From Octopus bimaculoides (taxonomy: Eukaryota), in NCBI RefSeq assembly GCF_001194135.2, contig NC_068986.1:89224942-89288941 (forward strand): a stretch of DNA of 64,000 bases. Reading direction: 5' to 3'. The translations under genes and the position numbers were made by a program. Position 1 is the first letter of the stretch. Every line of letters starts with the position of its first letter. The notes below the pieces were generated by a model. The model did no database searches. It was not told where the DNA came from and worked only from the letters and a program-made list of their open reading frames with translations. Below, in pieces: positions 53,301-62,592 of the stretch.

Positions 53301-56300
53301 TTGCCTTCAGTTCATCCCTGGTGTTACCAAGGAGTTTCGTTGGTCCCTCGCTCAACTGTACCCCACACATAATAAACGAGGTTGCAGTCTGGGGAGGTAC
53401 GTGGCCAGGTGTTAGGGGTGATATGGTCGCGGAAAACTGTCTGACAGCCATGACTGTTCTCCTGCTTCTGTGACATGGTACAGAGTCCGGTTGCCAGACA
53501 AAGGGTCTTCTAATAGCCACCCTCTTCACCCATGGCAGCACAACTTCCTCCAGGCACTTGATGTAGGCCTCCGTGTTGAGTATGGGTCCGTGTGGGAAAA
53601 TGAATGGTGACATTACGTCGCCATCACTAGTGTTCACGACAAGCACCATGATATTGACTGGATATTTGACTTTTTTCACTCGGAACATGTTGTCAGATTG
53701 ACACCCTGACTCTCTGAAATGTTCATATTAGAGCTTCAAGCGCGAATTCCAAGCAGTACAGCATGTTGTTTCCAAAGTTGTGACAGAGTGAATAGTGACA
53801 TGGTGCTATTTTTCTCACAAACGGTGACCAACCGACCATAATGTATAGTCAAGAAAATCAAAAACAAACATTTTGCTCATGCGCGAAATTAAAAATATAT
53901 AATGGCGACAATTTACCCATCGCATCCTGTATATTTATAACTACTCATTCTATCATTACTACAATTTATATGTAAATTTTTTTTTATCTATGTAAATCAA
54001 TAGCCCTGTGGTTAAGAAGACCGTTTAACAACTACATGGTTTCGAATAAGGTTTCACTGCGCTTCCACTTTGGCAATTGCACCAGGCGACTAAAGTCTTA
54101 TGATTAAATGTGTTAAGCGGAAGCTTTACGGGAAAACGTTATAGAGGAGCATTAGTTTCCATGTGTGTGTATGTGTGTGAGTGTGTGGATGTATGTGTGT
54201 AAGTGTATATGCTCGTCTGTCACTGCTTGACTACCGCTGGAGTCATTTACATACATGATCGTAACTCAGCATTTCTTCAAATAAAACATTAACTCAATAC
54301 CAATCATATTTAGATGAAGTAATGCGATGATATGAAGACTTAAAACACTCCAACGTAATGCCTAAAAGTGGCCGAATTCCAATAACTGAAAGCAGTAATA
54401 TAACAAGAGCAGTCAGAGAGAGCAAACATCCGCCAAGGCAACACCAACGTCCTCTCAACGATTAACCGGAGATGCTTTTTAAAATGAGAATATTTGAAAT
54501 AAACTCGACTGCTGTCATAAACAAGAATACTAAAAACGAATCCGACCAGTCTTAAAAATTAAGTAAAAAAAACTGAAAAATAATCCGGTAACTGATCAAT
54601 CCTGTACCTGATCGATCCGAATGGTAGTCATGGAATGTAAAGGTAGCTATAGAAAATTTAGTAACAGTAATAAATAGTTTATCCTTATCTGATTCAAGCC
54701 AAAGTTAACAAATCCTCCATTCATAATAATTACGGCCTAAAGGGAAATAATTGAGGAAGACTTGAAGGTTAATGCTAGATGGTAATCATGTTGTTTTTGG
54801 CACTCTGTCGCTTACGACGTTGAGGGTTCAGTTGATCCGATCAACAGAACAGCCTGCTTGTGAAATTAACGTGCAAGTAGCTGAGCACTCCACATACACG
54901 TGTGCCCTTAACGTAGTTCTCGGGGATATTCAGCGTGACACAATGTGACAAAGCTGACCCTTTGAATTACAGGCACAACAGAAGCAGGAAGTAAGAGTGA
55001 GAGAAAGTTGTGGTGAAAGAGTACAGCAGGGTTCGCCACCATCCCCAGCCGGAGCCTCGTGGAGCTTTAGGTGTTTTCGCTCAATAAACACTCACAACGC
55101 CCGGTCTGGGAATCGAAACCGCGATCTTATGACAGCGAGTCCGCTGCCCTAACCACTGGGCCATTGTGCCTCCACCCGCCTGCACTAAGGAGAAGGTAAT
55201 AAAACACTAAAATAAAACATCGTTGTATCATTACCTACAGGTAAGTAATGATATTTTTTGATAAGAGATTAGAAATAATTGGTTCGAATGATATAGTTAA
55301 CCAGAGTATTTCACCGGACTGTTACTAAATATATCTACCCCAGAAGGACGCATATCAACTACATTCAGATTTGAACACAAGTTTAGCAGATTACCAAATA
55401 TAACGCAGATTTGTACCATACAGACAAGTATACAATTGTGGGACTAAACAACAAACTGTTAAAAATAACTCCTTTCTATGACAACGAATACTTGATATTT
55501 TGAAGTGGTACATATATATGTTTTCAACCAGAAATTCGAAATATTGCCAAATTTAAGAATAATGATTGTTTTTGTTTGTTTCTTTTTTTAAAATTTGGAA
55601 ATAATTGTTATCGATTTCTTTTCGTCACCCAGGCGCCTGGCGGTATACAAAACGTGTGCTGAAAATTACGAAGACAAACATTGTTTGCTATCATTTGAAA
55701 AAAAATTTGAAACTTATTGCCCTAGTAAGTTCTATTTTATTAATAATGAACTATTTGCAAAGACATAGAGTGGCTACGAACAATCTTCAAATGAGTTAAA
55801 GTATGAAAACGGGCCCTATGCTGTTCTGTAAATCTGCATGAAGTACTTTATCATTTGCTACAAAGAAAATAAGAAAACATTTACACCAAAAGTATCGTTG
55901 TCGTCTTTCAAAACACGACGTAATAGATGACACATGATAACACAGATTAAGACCAACACAAAATGTTTTATGTTGTATCAGCATTTTAAGGGGTAAAGAA
56001 ATAAAATTAAAAATTTGTATATTTTTTCAGAGATGGACAGCTGCATTGAGAAATTCAAAATATATTGTCCAAAAGTGGAAAAAGATTTTCCCACTCGTAG
56101 ACCAGACAGGTATTACTGCAAGTACGTATACTTCTTTTCCAACTTCTGTATTATTTTTACATCACATATATACATGTTTATATATTTATTTATGCAGCAG
56201 TACCATCGACAATTAATTTTGAATATTTTTTACATTGGTACAAGATTAAAAATGCTTAGTTGATGTGTACTAGATTCAATAGGAAATACCCTTTGATTAG

Positions 56301-59300
56301 TGCTAACTGTATCGATCTAGGAATGGCTCATACCAATAAACCAACTTTATGCAGATCAATAAATATATAGGTAATTTCCGATATAGGCACAATTCCACGA
56401 ATGTACGATTAGGGGAATGGTTTTTGAAAAATTCACATTCGTTTCTAAAAAATATTATTTCATACTTTAGAAAAGTCATAGTAATGTCTCTTCATTTCCA
56501 AAAACTTCTAAATCACATTTTTATGTATAAATATGATTAGTAAACTTTTTGTCGCTTACTTTTAATAGTAAATCTTAAAACATCACTTCGTTACAATTTC
56601 TATACGGAATTCGCTAGTAATTTTTATAATTATAATTAGCCACTGGATCAGAAATCAGATATTAAAATATATTAATACTTCCTCTTTTAAATTGGAAATA
56701 TTTTACGAAATATGAAAATTATATACTGTGGTAATTTGTTTCAGAAGCTAAAGAATGTGTGTATTGCAAGATATTTTAAGTTATTACATACGTTGTGAGT
56801 TTAAACCAAAGTACATCGATTATCCAGAATATTACCAAAGATTTTCCCTTCGTTTTTCAGACGTATGGCCGCATATAGACAATGTGCTATAGATAAGGAA
56901 CACAATTGTACAATGCACTTCGATATGCTGCATTTAATCTCTTGTGAATGTAAGATCCTTTTTAATAATTAATTTTGTTTTATCAAAGGATAGGCTGCGT
57001 AATGACCGTTACTTCAAAACAGAAATTATATTTGTCAATTTACGTTTCACATTAAATTCACAATAATGTTTGAGAATGCAATATTGCTTTTGCCAGTATT
57101 AGTATGTACATATTTGCTTTCAGATATCACATCATGATAGAATCATAGAAGCGCTGCGATGTGCTGAGTACTAAGTTATTCCATCAGTTAGAGGAATGCA
57201 CCAGATATCATTTCGCCTCCAATTACTTTTGTGCATGGCCACATTTTCTCTTTCAAGCTCCCATTTTTCCATACACAGCTTCCTAAATTACCTGTGGCAG
57301 ATTACTAGATATTCTTAAATTTACACATCATCTCAGATTTCCTTTCTACAGATTTGCGATACAGTCTTCGATGTTACTTTTTCGTGGATGCTTCTGCGTA
57401 CCTCTTTATTGATTATCTGATCCAAGTACGAGGTTCCTTGAAGTTTCCATCTCCCTAGCTACTCTTACTTACGTTCCACTCTGAAATCATATGCCTCAGG
57501 TTAGCTGTGCGCACAACCATCGAAAACATTTGGGTTTTGTATATATACAGAGAAAGATGTAGGAAATAACCATACGAAACAAAGGAACTCAATCCACGGG
57601 AATTGTTGAGATCCTAGTACAGTGATTTCGTAGAATTCTTGATTATGAACCCTGTCGAACTTGTATACCATCTCATGCTCTATTAAAGTAGAGTGCCGGT
57701 ACTTCCTTGATCTGTATTTTTCCAGTGCTCTTGCATTCCATATGGCAATTGGTCTATCTTCCAGGAACCATTCCTGTCGCGCCATCAACACGATACTCTC
57801 ACATGTAGACGTATAGGGTAGAAATTTCTAAATCCGTGTTGATACAGTTGTGGTATAGAGTTACTTTGGGGGGTGGGGTGAGTTTATCATTCTTCCCGCA
57901 CAATCACAGCAGATTTCTACGGACGGATAGATTCTTATTCGTGAACTCGAAGCTATTACAATTCATCAGGGAATATTTTCTCTTCGAGCCGGTAATTTTA
58001 TTATGGAAATGACATTTCCACTGGTCCTGTTAGGAGCACCTCTTCATTTAGATTTACCTGCCAGCTAAGAAAGAAATCTTGGAGTTAGTTGACTACCAGA
58101 GATAACCATCCTCTATTCTGAATTAGGGAGCAGCATGCTATCCATCAAAGATGCTACTTCGAACCAGGGTGACATTATATTCCAAGAAATTGTTTCCATC
58201 ATTTCTGAAATCAATATTTTAATAAACAATACTGCACATCATGCAGCAGTAGCCTCGCTTGTTATATCCTTAGGGTTTTTATCATTCTATTTATTTTCGA
58301 ATTATGCGTTGATAGATACCCTCCCATATAATATCGATGTTATTAAGTTAACATAAATGACCTTCGTAATTTTATAAAGTAGTCAATTAAGCCACATGAA
58401 AAAACTTAAAAGAAAATTGAGAATGCGAAAATATGAACCATCCTCAGAATATAACGGTCCTGTGTTCTCAAAGAATTGGAAATAAACTGGATTTAATTCT
58501 CAGAGTTAAACCCTATTAATTTGTAAAACATCAAACAAAATATAATTAAAATAATTTCAAACATGAATTACTTTGTATAGCGTCAAGCAAAAATATAATT
58601 ATTATAATTATTCCTTATATCTAAACCAATCATGAGAGCTAAGAGGATGGCTTTCACCTACTTCACCATCTTCCAAATCTTGTTCTTATTGTATCGAATT
58701 GATTGAATTCAGATTCATTTGCTGAAGACATATTTGATGTGGGTATATTCATACAAGACACATTAGGTTTATATTTTGTATTAGCTTTCACTTTCACTGT
58801 CGAATAATTTTATTTTCAGTGTAATACATATCAGAAGGTCAAAAACACTGGATGTACTATTACTGAGGTAAATATATATTTCTAACACTGTTATCACTGT
58901 AATGCCAATTAAATATCGCTTGTACAACATCATAATTCCGCTGCAATAACTTAATTGGTGGGTGTAGGTGACATAAGATTTGCGGGCCCTTCATAAAAAG
59001 TGAGTGTGATACAGTTAAGGTCTCATTTAAACGGTCGATGTTCGATTCCTGTAGGAAGCACGTGAGCAGGGGGGAGATTGAAAATGGATCGGATTATGGA
59101 GAGGTATGTCAGAGCATGATGTAGCTTTGTGAGCTATATATAAGAGTGACGAGAGATTGAGACACAAGAGAGCCGACGATGCCTGAATGGGAGGCGTACG
59201 AGACTAACCAGCTCCGAGGTTAGTCTCGTATACCAGCTTTATACCAGCTTATACCAGCTTTAGAAGAGACAGAGGGAGGAGAGAGCATGTTTGAGCCTGG

Positions 59301-59780
59301 AGTGTGCCTGTAAACGATTTTATGACAATCAGTCGAGTGTCCATTTGCTAGATGCGATCGGGTATGTCAAAGTACACAAGCCTTACAGTATCCAAGACAT
59401 GGAGTTATTACACCACTGTGGTCCTAACTTTAGTTTGCCTTGGTTGTGGAAGCGCCAGTCTCTGAGAAACGTGTCAAATTATGTTAAAATTCTGTTTTCA
59501 CCAAGAGATGTCCCCGGCGATTATATAACCTTGTAGCATTTGGAGCGACTGTGATGGCACTCGCTGATTTCTACTTGTGTTTAGTGTGGGCCCATGGTGT
59601 TTTCTCTAATAGCAGTATATTATCAATGATATGGCATGAGATGTATAGCTAATGTTTCTTCAATATGCCTGTTTAAAATTCTAATATTTCTTCGTTAAAT
59701 CTTTCTGCAAAAGAAATATCTAAAGACATATTTTTTCGGTTTTCTTTACAGGGCAGACTCCAATTAGCAATGAATCCTGA
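20812..59780 (+). CDS. Gene 2: multi-exon gene for an uncharacterised, probably secreted, tandem six-cysteine repeat protein (9 A exons, 8 B exons, terminal exon; 5' end not located)
   Basis: 18 short exons read manually. All have canonical AG/GT ends and alternate phase 1>2 (A) and 2>1 (B). They splice into one open frame when orphan exon A6 is skipped. Cysteine spacing C-x7-C-x16-C-x8-C-x6/8-C-x11-C is invariant. N-glycosylation sequons NCT, NHT, NCT and NES are present. Confidence 0.9.
21435..21520 (+). CDS. Gene 2 exon B1 (86 nt): RLVAYKRCANAGEKCEDYFEQTFQDQCC
   Basis: tttcag|T CGT...TGT G|gtaaga; phase 2>1; extra terminal Cys. Confidence 0.9.
23605..24890 (+). mobile_element. Full-length (1286 bp) inactivated mariner transposon
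   Basis: TIRs tcaggccatcccataagtgctgtccga and tcggacagaacttatgggatgacctga, flanked by TA. Transposase from ATG 23789 has WVPHEL, VTGDEKW, HQDNA-like and YFPDLAPSDYHLF motifs; several stops. Confidence 0.92.
25699..25798 (+). CDS. Gene 2 exon A2 (100 nt): RTETEDCLDRARQTCKHALILHPRSNPDKHFC
   Basis: tttctag|GA...TGC AG|gtaggt; Cys spacing and NPD conserved. Confidence 0.9.
26214..26584 (+). mobile_element. tRNA-derived SINE, family 2
   Basis: A box tggcccagtggtt and B box gtttcgattccc; TSD atttgttatttaagt at about 26201-26215 and 26597-26611. Confidence 0.85.
28650..28741 (+). CDS. Gene 2 exon B2 (92 nt): RMRMYALCASAIHNYECKDHFVNLYFGECK
   Basis: cttccag|A CGC...AAA T|gtaaga. Confidence 0.9.
30204..30303 (+). 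CDS. Gene 2 exon A3 (100 nt): QLTTRDCMAMYSQSCFEAIRDYPIWQPDFEYC
   Basis: ttttatag|CT...TGC AA|gtacgt. Confidence 0.9.
30640..30800 (-). mobile_element. 3' part of a SINE
   Basis: tgtttcagtcatttgactgtggccatcctggagcaccg tail; similar degraded tails at about 34140-34400, 35930-36130 and 54200-54400. Confidence 0.5.
30931..31761. other. Assembly gap (N run)
   Basis: Other gaps at 45033-45246, 47455-47685, 61184-61547 and 62593-63287; most abut microsatellites. Confidence 1.
31782..32120 (+). mobile_element. CR1/L2-like LINE 3' fragment
   Basis: LKVLGLYSLERRRERYVIIYIWKILEGLVPNF. Confidence 0.8.
32854..33060 (-). mobile_element. tRNA-headed SINE, family 3, with hammerhead-like Penelope tail (truncated)
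   Basis: Minus strand: gcgtagtggttaagagcgc...gagttcgattcc head, (AAT)n, then CTGATGA-A-GGCTG...CAGCC-GAAA ending in (TA)n. Confidence 0.75.
34829..34920 (+). CDS. Gene 2 exon B3 (92 nt): RLVVLRKCAEEEKNKLCVGFFDKLAEDSCS
   Basis: cttccag|A CGC...TCT C|gtaaga; overlaps the start of ORF 34836..35066. Confidence 0.9.
37080..37170 (+). CDS. Gene 2 exon A4 (91 nt): VDNCTNSLKTTCLQAEKNYPILKPDTNYC
   Basis: ccttgcag|CG...TGC GA|gtacat. Confidence 0.88.
38154..38242 (+). CDS. Gene 2 exon B4 (89 nt): RLRVYEICAYTKNHTCKHYFSDLFHAMCK
   Basis: tatttcag|T CGT...AAA T|gtatgt; overlaps ORF 38143..38343. Confidence 0.9.
40505..40604 (+). CDS. Gene 2 exon A5 (100 nt): HEEQRDCMEIYRSTCLKAFSEYPELNPDRNYC
   Basis: tttatag|CC...TGC AG|gtacgt. 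Confidence 0.9.
41540..42178 (+). mobile_element. 5'-truncated mariner, same family as 23605-24890
   Basis: Colinear with 24205-24890; KKVLLSVWWDCK, HQDNARP; right TIR ggacattatttatgggatggcctga followed by TA. Confidence 0.85.
42558..42830 (+). mobile_element. SINE family 3 copy with a complete minimal hammerhead motif (42736-42781)
   Basis: A box tggcgtagtagtt, B box gagttcaattcc, (AAT)n(AAC)n, then GACAT-CTGATGA-A-GGCTG-loop-CAGCC-GAGAC-GTT-GTGTT. Confidence 0.8.
42932..43023 (+). CDS. Gene 2 exon B5 (92 nt): RLIEFEKCAESDNDKHCKIYLRLLYTMNCG
   Basis: cttgcag|A CGA...GGA G|gtaaga. Confidence 0.9.
43505..43882 (-). mobile_element. SINE family 2 copy
   Basis: Reverse complement of 26214-26584; TSD aagcaacgta on both sides. 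Confidence 0.85.
44031..44121 (+). CDS. Gene 2 exon A6 (91 nt, orphan: no B exon found before A7): EKICLRAIESKCEHAEKEYPISNPDLNYC
   Basis: ttttgcag|TG...TGC AA|gtacat; intact motif and splice sites, but the partner B exon is absent from the sequenced bases. Confidence 0.8.
45411..45624. repeat. About 215-bp fold-back palindrome within a MITE-like element
   Basis: Arms ...ttaacgcgactaagtgtgttacc and ggtaacacacttagtcgcgttaa... pair around loop cagtgaatc; the left flank recurs at about 61075-61183. Confidence 0.85.
45819..45884. repeat. (ATT)n microsatellite
   Basis: Direct observation. Confidence 0.95.
47686..48050 (+). mobile_element. Two tandem SINE family 1 copies
   Basis: Repeated acgttctgagttcaaattccgccgaggtc...ctttcatcctttcggg bodies. 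Confidence 0.85.
48506..48596 (+). CDS. Gene 2 exon A7 (91 nt): DDKCIDEFQRICRSGEDMYAMRIPDTNFC
   Basis: gtgtcgtag|AT...TGC CC|gtacgt; an in-frame upstream acceptor near 48478 is also possible. Confidence 0.85.
48850..49400 (-). mobile_element. CR1/L2-like LINE 3' fragment
   Basis: Minus strand EKYVMIYLWKILEGLV, same family as 31782-32120. Confidence 0.65.
51055..51143 (+). CDS. Gene 2 exon B7 (89 nt): RLRVYMVCADEEKHKCKKHFDDLYLEKCT
   Basis: attccag|A CGC...ACC A|gtaaga. Confidence 0.9.
52951..53050 (+). CDS. Gene 2 exon A8 (100 nt): HVEVGDCEPMYLSTCYEAIRDYPHKNPDTNLC
   Basis: tttgcag|GA...TGC TT|gtaagt. Confidence 0.9.
53064..53929 (-). mobile_element. Internally deleted Tc1/mariner-superfamily transposon
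   Basis: TIRs cagggcgcgatgaataaactgtcg and cgacaatttacccatcgcatcctg, flanked by TA; ORF 53089..53688 has DDE/DDD-type segments (YIKCLEEVVLPW, WQPDSVPCH). Confidence 0.85.
54799..55175 (-). mobile_element. SINE family 2 copy
   Basis: Near-identical to 43505-43882. Confidence 0.85.
55633..55724 (+). CDS. Gene 2 exon B8 (92 nt): RLAVYKTCAENYEDKHCLLSFEKKFETYCP
   Basis: cacccag|G CGC...CCT A|gtaagt. Confidence 0.9.
56031..56121 (+). CDS. Gene 2 exon A9 (91 nt): MDSCIEKFKIYCPKVEKDFPTRRPDRYYC
   Basis: ttttcag|AG...TGC AA|gtacgt; overlaps ORF 56015..56263. Confidence 0.9.
56861..56949 (+). CDS. Gene 2 exon B9 (89 nt): RMAAYRQCAIDKEHNCTMHFDMLHLISCE
   Basis: ttttcag|A CGT...GAA T|gtaaga. Confidence 0.9.
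57480..58100 (-). mobile_element. RTE-like LINE endonuclease fragment
   Basis: IAIWNARAL...EM....I.VLGSQQFPW resembles the APE motif IxTWNVRTL...I.GLxExRW. Confidence 0.5.
59752..59780 (+). CDS. Gene 2 putative terminal coding exon: (W)QTPISNES*
   Basis: Strong acceptor ttttctttacag|GG; phase 1 matches B9; the stop (TGAagctgtg) and a nearby AATAAA (59817-59822) align with the paralogous block at 7186-7256. Confidence 0.6.
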
Positions 59781-60956
59781 AGCTGTGAATAAAGTACATT
59801 TTAAAAATTTATATAAAATAAAATTGGGTTTTGAAATAATTCCTAGTGTATCTGTTATTTTACATATTTCTCAAATAGAGATAGTAACAAAATATTGCAT
59901 CATTATTTGACGTTGCAGTATTTCGGTGGAAGTCAATGTCAACGTTTGTAGATTGAAGGATTTCAGATATACATAATGCACAGATTAAATTATGCTGGCG
60001 CTAGTCCTGAAGGCGTGTATGTGTTCTCTTTGTCTGCCGTTAAATTCAATAACACACTGTTCTGTACCAAGTACAGTTGCTATATTTCAAAGATGCAGTA
60101 ATATATGTGTTAAACTGTTAGACGTCATTGGTCGAGTAATGTGGTGGTTGTTTCTATTATATTTCGTTGACAGCAGGGCAGTGTTTGCTGTACAACTATT
60201 ACTAACTTTTGAAGTGGTTATTGAAACACTGCATGTTTTAAACAGTAGCGGTATGTTTAATGAGAATACTAAATATTTTTGTATGGAAAACATATTCTCG
60301 CTTTGTAGGAATATATTCTGTTTGTTAAAATGGCACATGTTTATTAAAACGAGACATTTGTAATACATACAAATATATCATAGCTACACTTTATCAAACA
60401 CTTTCATATCAGTTGACGACCCAATGAATTACAGTTGTATGATATTCTAGATCTTAATGTCACTAAACACTGAAACATCCAAACAAAGGACTGTACTCCA
60501 TAGCATTTGCATTTGATCATTTAGGGTTTAATGACCATAAGACCTAGAGTATCGTATTATTGTCACATACTGGGTTGCCAGTTGAACCGAAAGTCTTTGA
60601 TAAAGTACCAATATAATATGTTTGTATATATTGCATGTCCACACACACACACGCGCACACACACACATACATACACACATACATAAATACATATGTCTAT
60701 ATGCATATGTTCTAAATTTGGTTATGGGAAACATTTTGGGTATGCAAAAGAAGTTCCTATTTCATTGTGCCGGCAAAGGGTATACTGATGCCGACAAGTG
60801 AGCCAGTTTTTCAGGGTTGCATCAAGTTGTACCGACATTATGTAGGATAAATGTTATAATAATGACAATAACAATAATCCTTAGATGGAATTTATAAACA
60901 CTTAATGCAATGTTACGCGCGTTTCCTCAAATCACGACTCTTAAGATATATGCGAG

Positions 60957-61018
<62 letters not shown>

Positions 61019-61594
61019 CGTACGTATATACGTATGCATATATATAGGCAAATATGTGTGTGTGTGTGTGCGCGTGCTTTCGGTACGAATGGTTTTTTTA
61101 TACGGCGCAGTTTTTACATGCTTAAAGCTAATGGCGATCAACGTGCAAAGACTAAGGAAAATAGTCTAATAAAGGGGCATATANNNNNNNNNNNNNNNNN
61201 NNNNNNNNNNNNNNNNNNNNNNNNNNNNNNNNNNNNNNNNNNNNNNNNNNNNNNNNNNNNNNNNNNNNNNNNNNNNNNNNNNNNNNNNNNNNNNNNNNNN
61301 NNNNNNNNNNNNNNNNNNNNNNNNNNNNNNNNNNNNNNNNNNNNNNNNNNNNNNNNNNNNNNNNNNNNNNNNNNNNNNNNNNNNNNNNNNNNNNNNNNNN
61401 NNNNNNNNNNNNNNNNNNNNNNNNNNNNNNNNNNNNNNNNNNNNNNNNNNNNNNNNNNNNNNNNNNNNNNNNNNNNNNNNNNNNNNNNNNNNNNNNNNNN
61501 NNNNNNNNNNNNNNNNNNNNNNNNNNNNNNNNNNNNNNNNNNNNNNNAGATATTTATATATATATATTTATAAATATATATTTGTATATATATA

Positions 61595-61634
<40 letters not shown>

Positions 61635-62149
61635 TATATATGAATGTATATATATATATACATATATATATGTGTGTGTCTGTATGTGTGTGTGTGTGTG
61701 TGTGCGCGTGTGCATGTGTGTGTCTGTCTGTATTTATGAATGTGACAGTGCAATGCATATAAGAGCATAAATTATTATGAATGCTCGAGTGGGGCGGTTT
61801 AGAGATAAACACATATCAGATATGTCTGCATGTATACTTACATTTTGTCATTAAAGGCAATTAATGTTAATGTATCTGTATGTCTTCTAGACTCTCACAA
61901 GGCAAGTGAATACATAAAGTAATTTCATTTGTTTGCTTTATAGCAGTCAAAAATATAGATATATCATCTAAATCATACAGATTGTCACAATAAATTCTTA
62001 ATGTATATGTTTTACATCAATGTTATTAGGTGTTAATTAGGTAAACATCTGTTACGTAATGTTTTTTATTATATAAGCCATAGGTTAGATCAGATACGAA
62101 TGTATAACACCATCACATCTCAGGTTCAACAAGAATAACTAAAATGAAA

Positions 62150-62592
62150 TATGCTATATCTATGTGTTTTCTTACTGTTGGTAAGTAGCGATATTTTGAT
62201 TTTTCCTTCACGCTCATCCTGCCCTCCGCTTCTCCTGTACTATTTCCAACACTTCCGTCGCCTTTCTCGACATTTCGGTATCCATTCATCACTCCTCTCA
62301 CACCACCTCCATCAACTACAAACACACAGACTTACACTCATATCTCAACTTCTCCTCCTCCTACCCTAAATACACCAAGCTTTCCATCCTCTATTCCCAA
62401 TTCCTCCGTCTGCGCAGGCTCTGCAGTGACAACCATGACTTTGCGACTCGGTCTCAACTCATGGATATCCTACGTGGATATCCCCTCACCACTATCTACA
62501 CCGCCCTTGCCAGAGCACGTTCCATGGATGGTGCATCTTCTCTCTCTACCCGTACCCGTCCCGCCGTCTCCCGTTTCCACTCACCTACCACT
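62150..62592 (+). mobile_element. Penelope-like element RT C-terminal fragment
   Basis: NYKHTDLHSYLNFSSSYP; KLSILYSQFLRLRRLCSD; RGYP; runs into an N-gap. Confidence 0.85.

Noticed and set aside
57126-57175. Good acceptor after B9 (tttgctttcag), homologous to ~4541 in gene 1
   Set aside because: Phase-1 reading stops after 4 codons and the two copies keep no common frame; regarded as intron homology.
59967-60101. 45-codon frame after tttcag with no indels and a shared stop relative to 7403-7537 (ending CYISKMQ* versus CYISKVQ*)
   Set aside because: A manual codon comparison gave about 18 non-synonymous versus 4 synonymous differences, so there is no purifying signal. The middle copy is frameshifted. 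Treated as 3' UTR.
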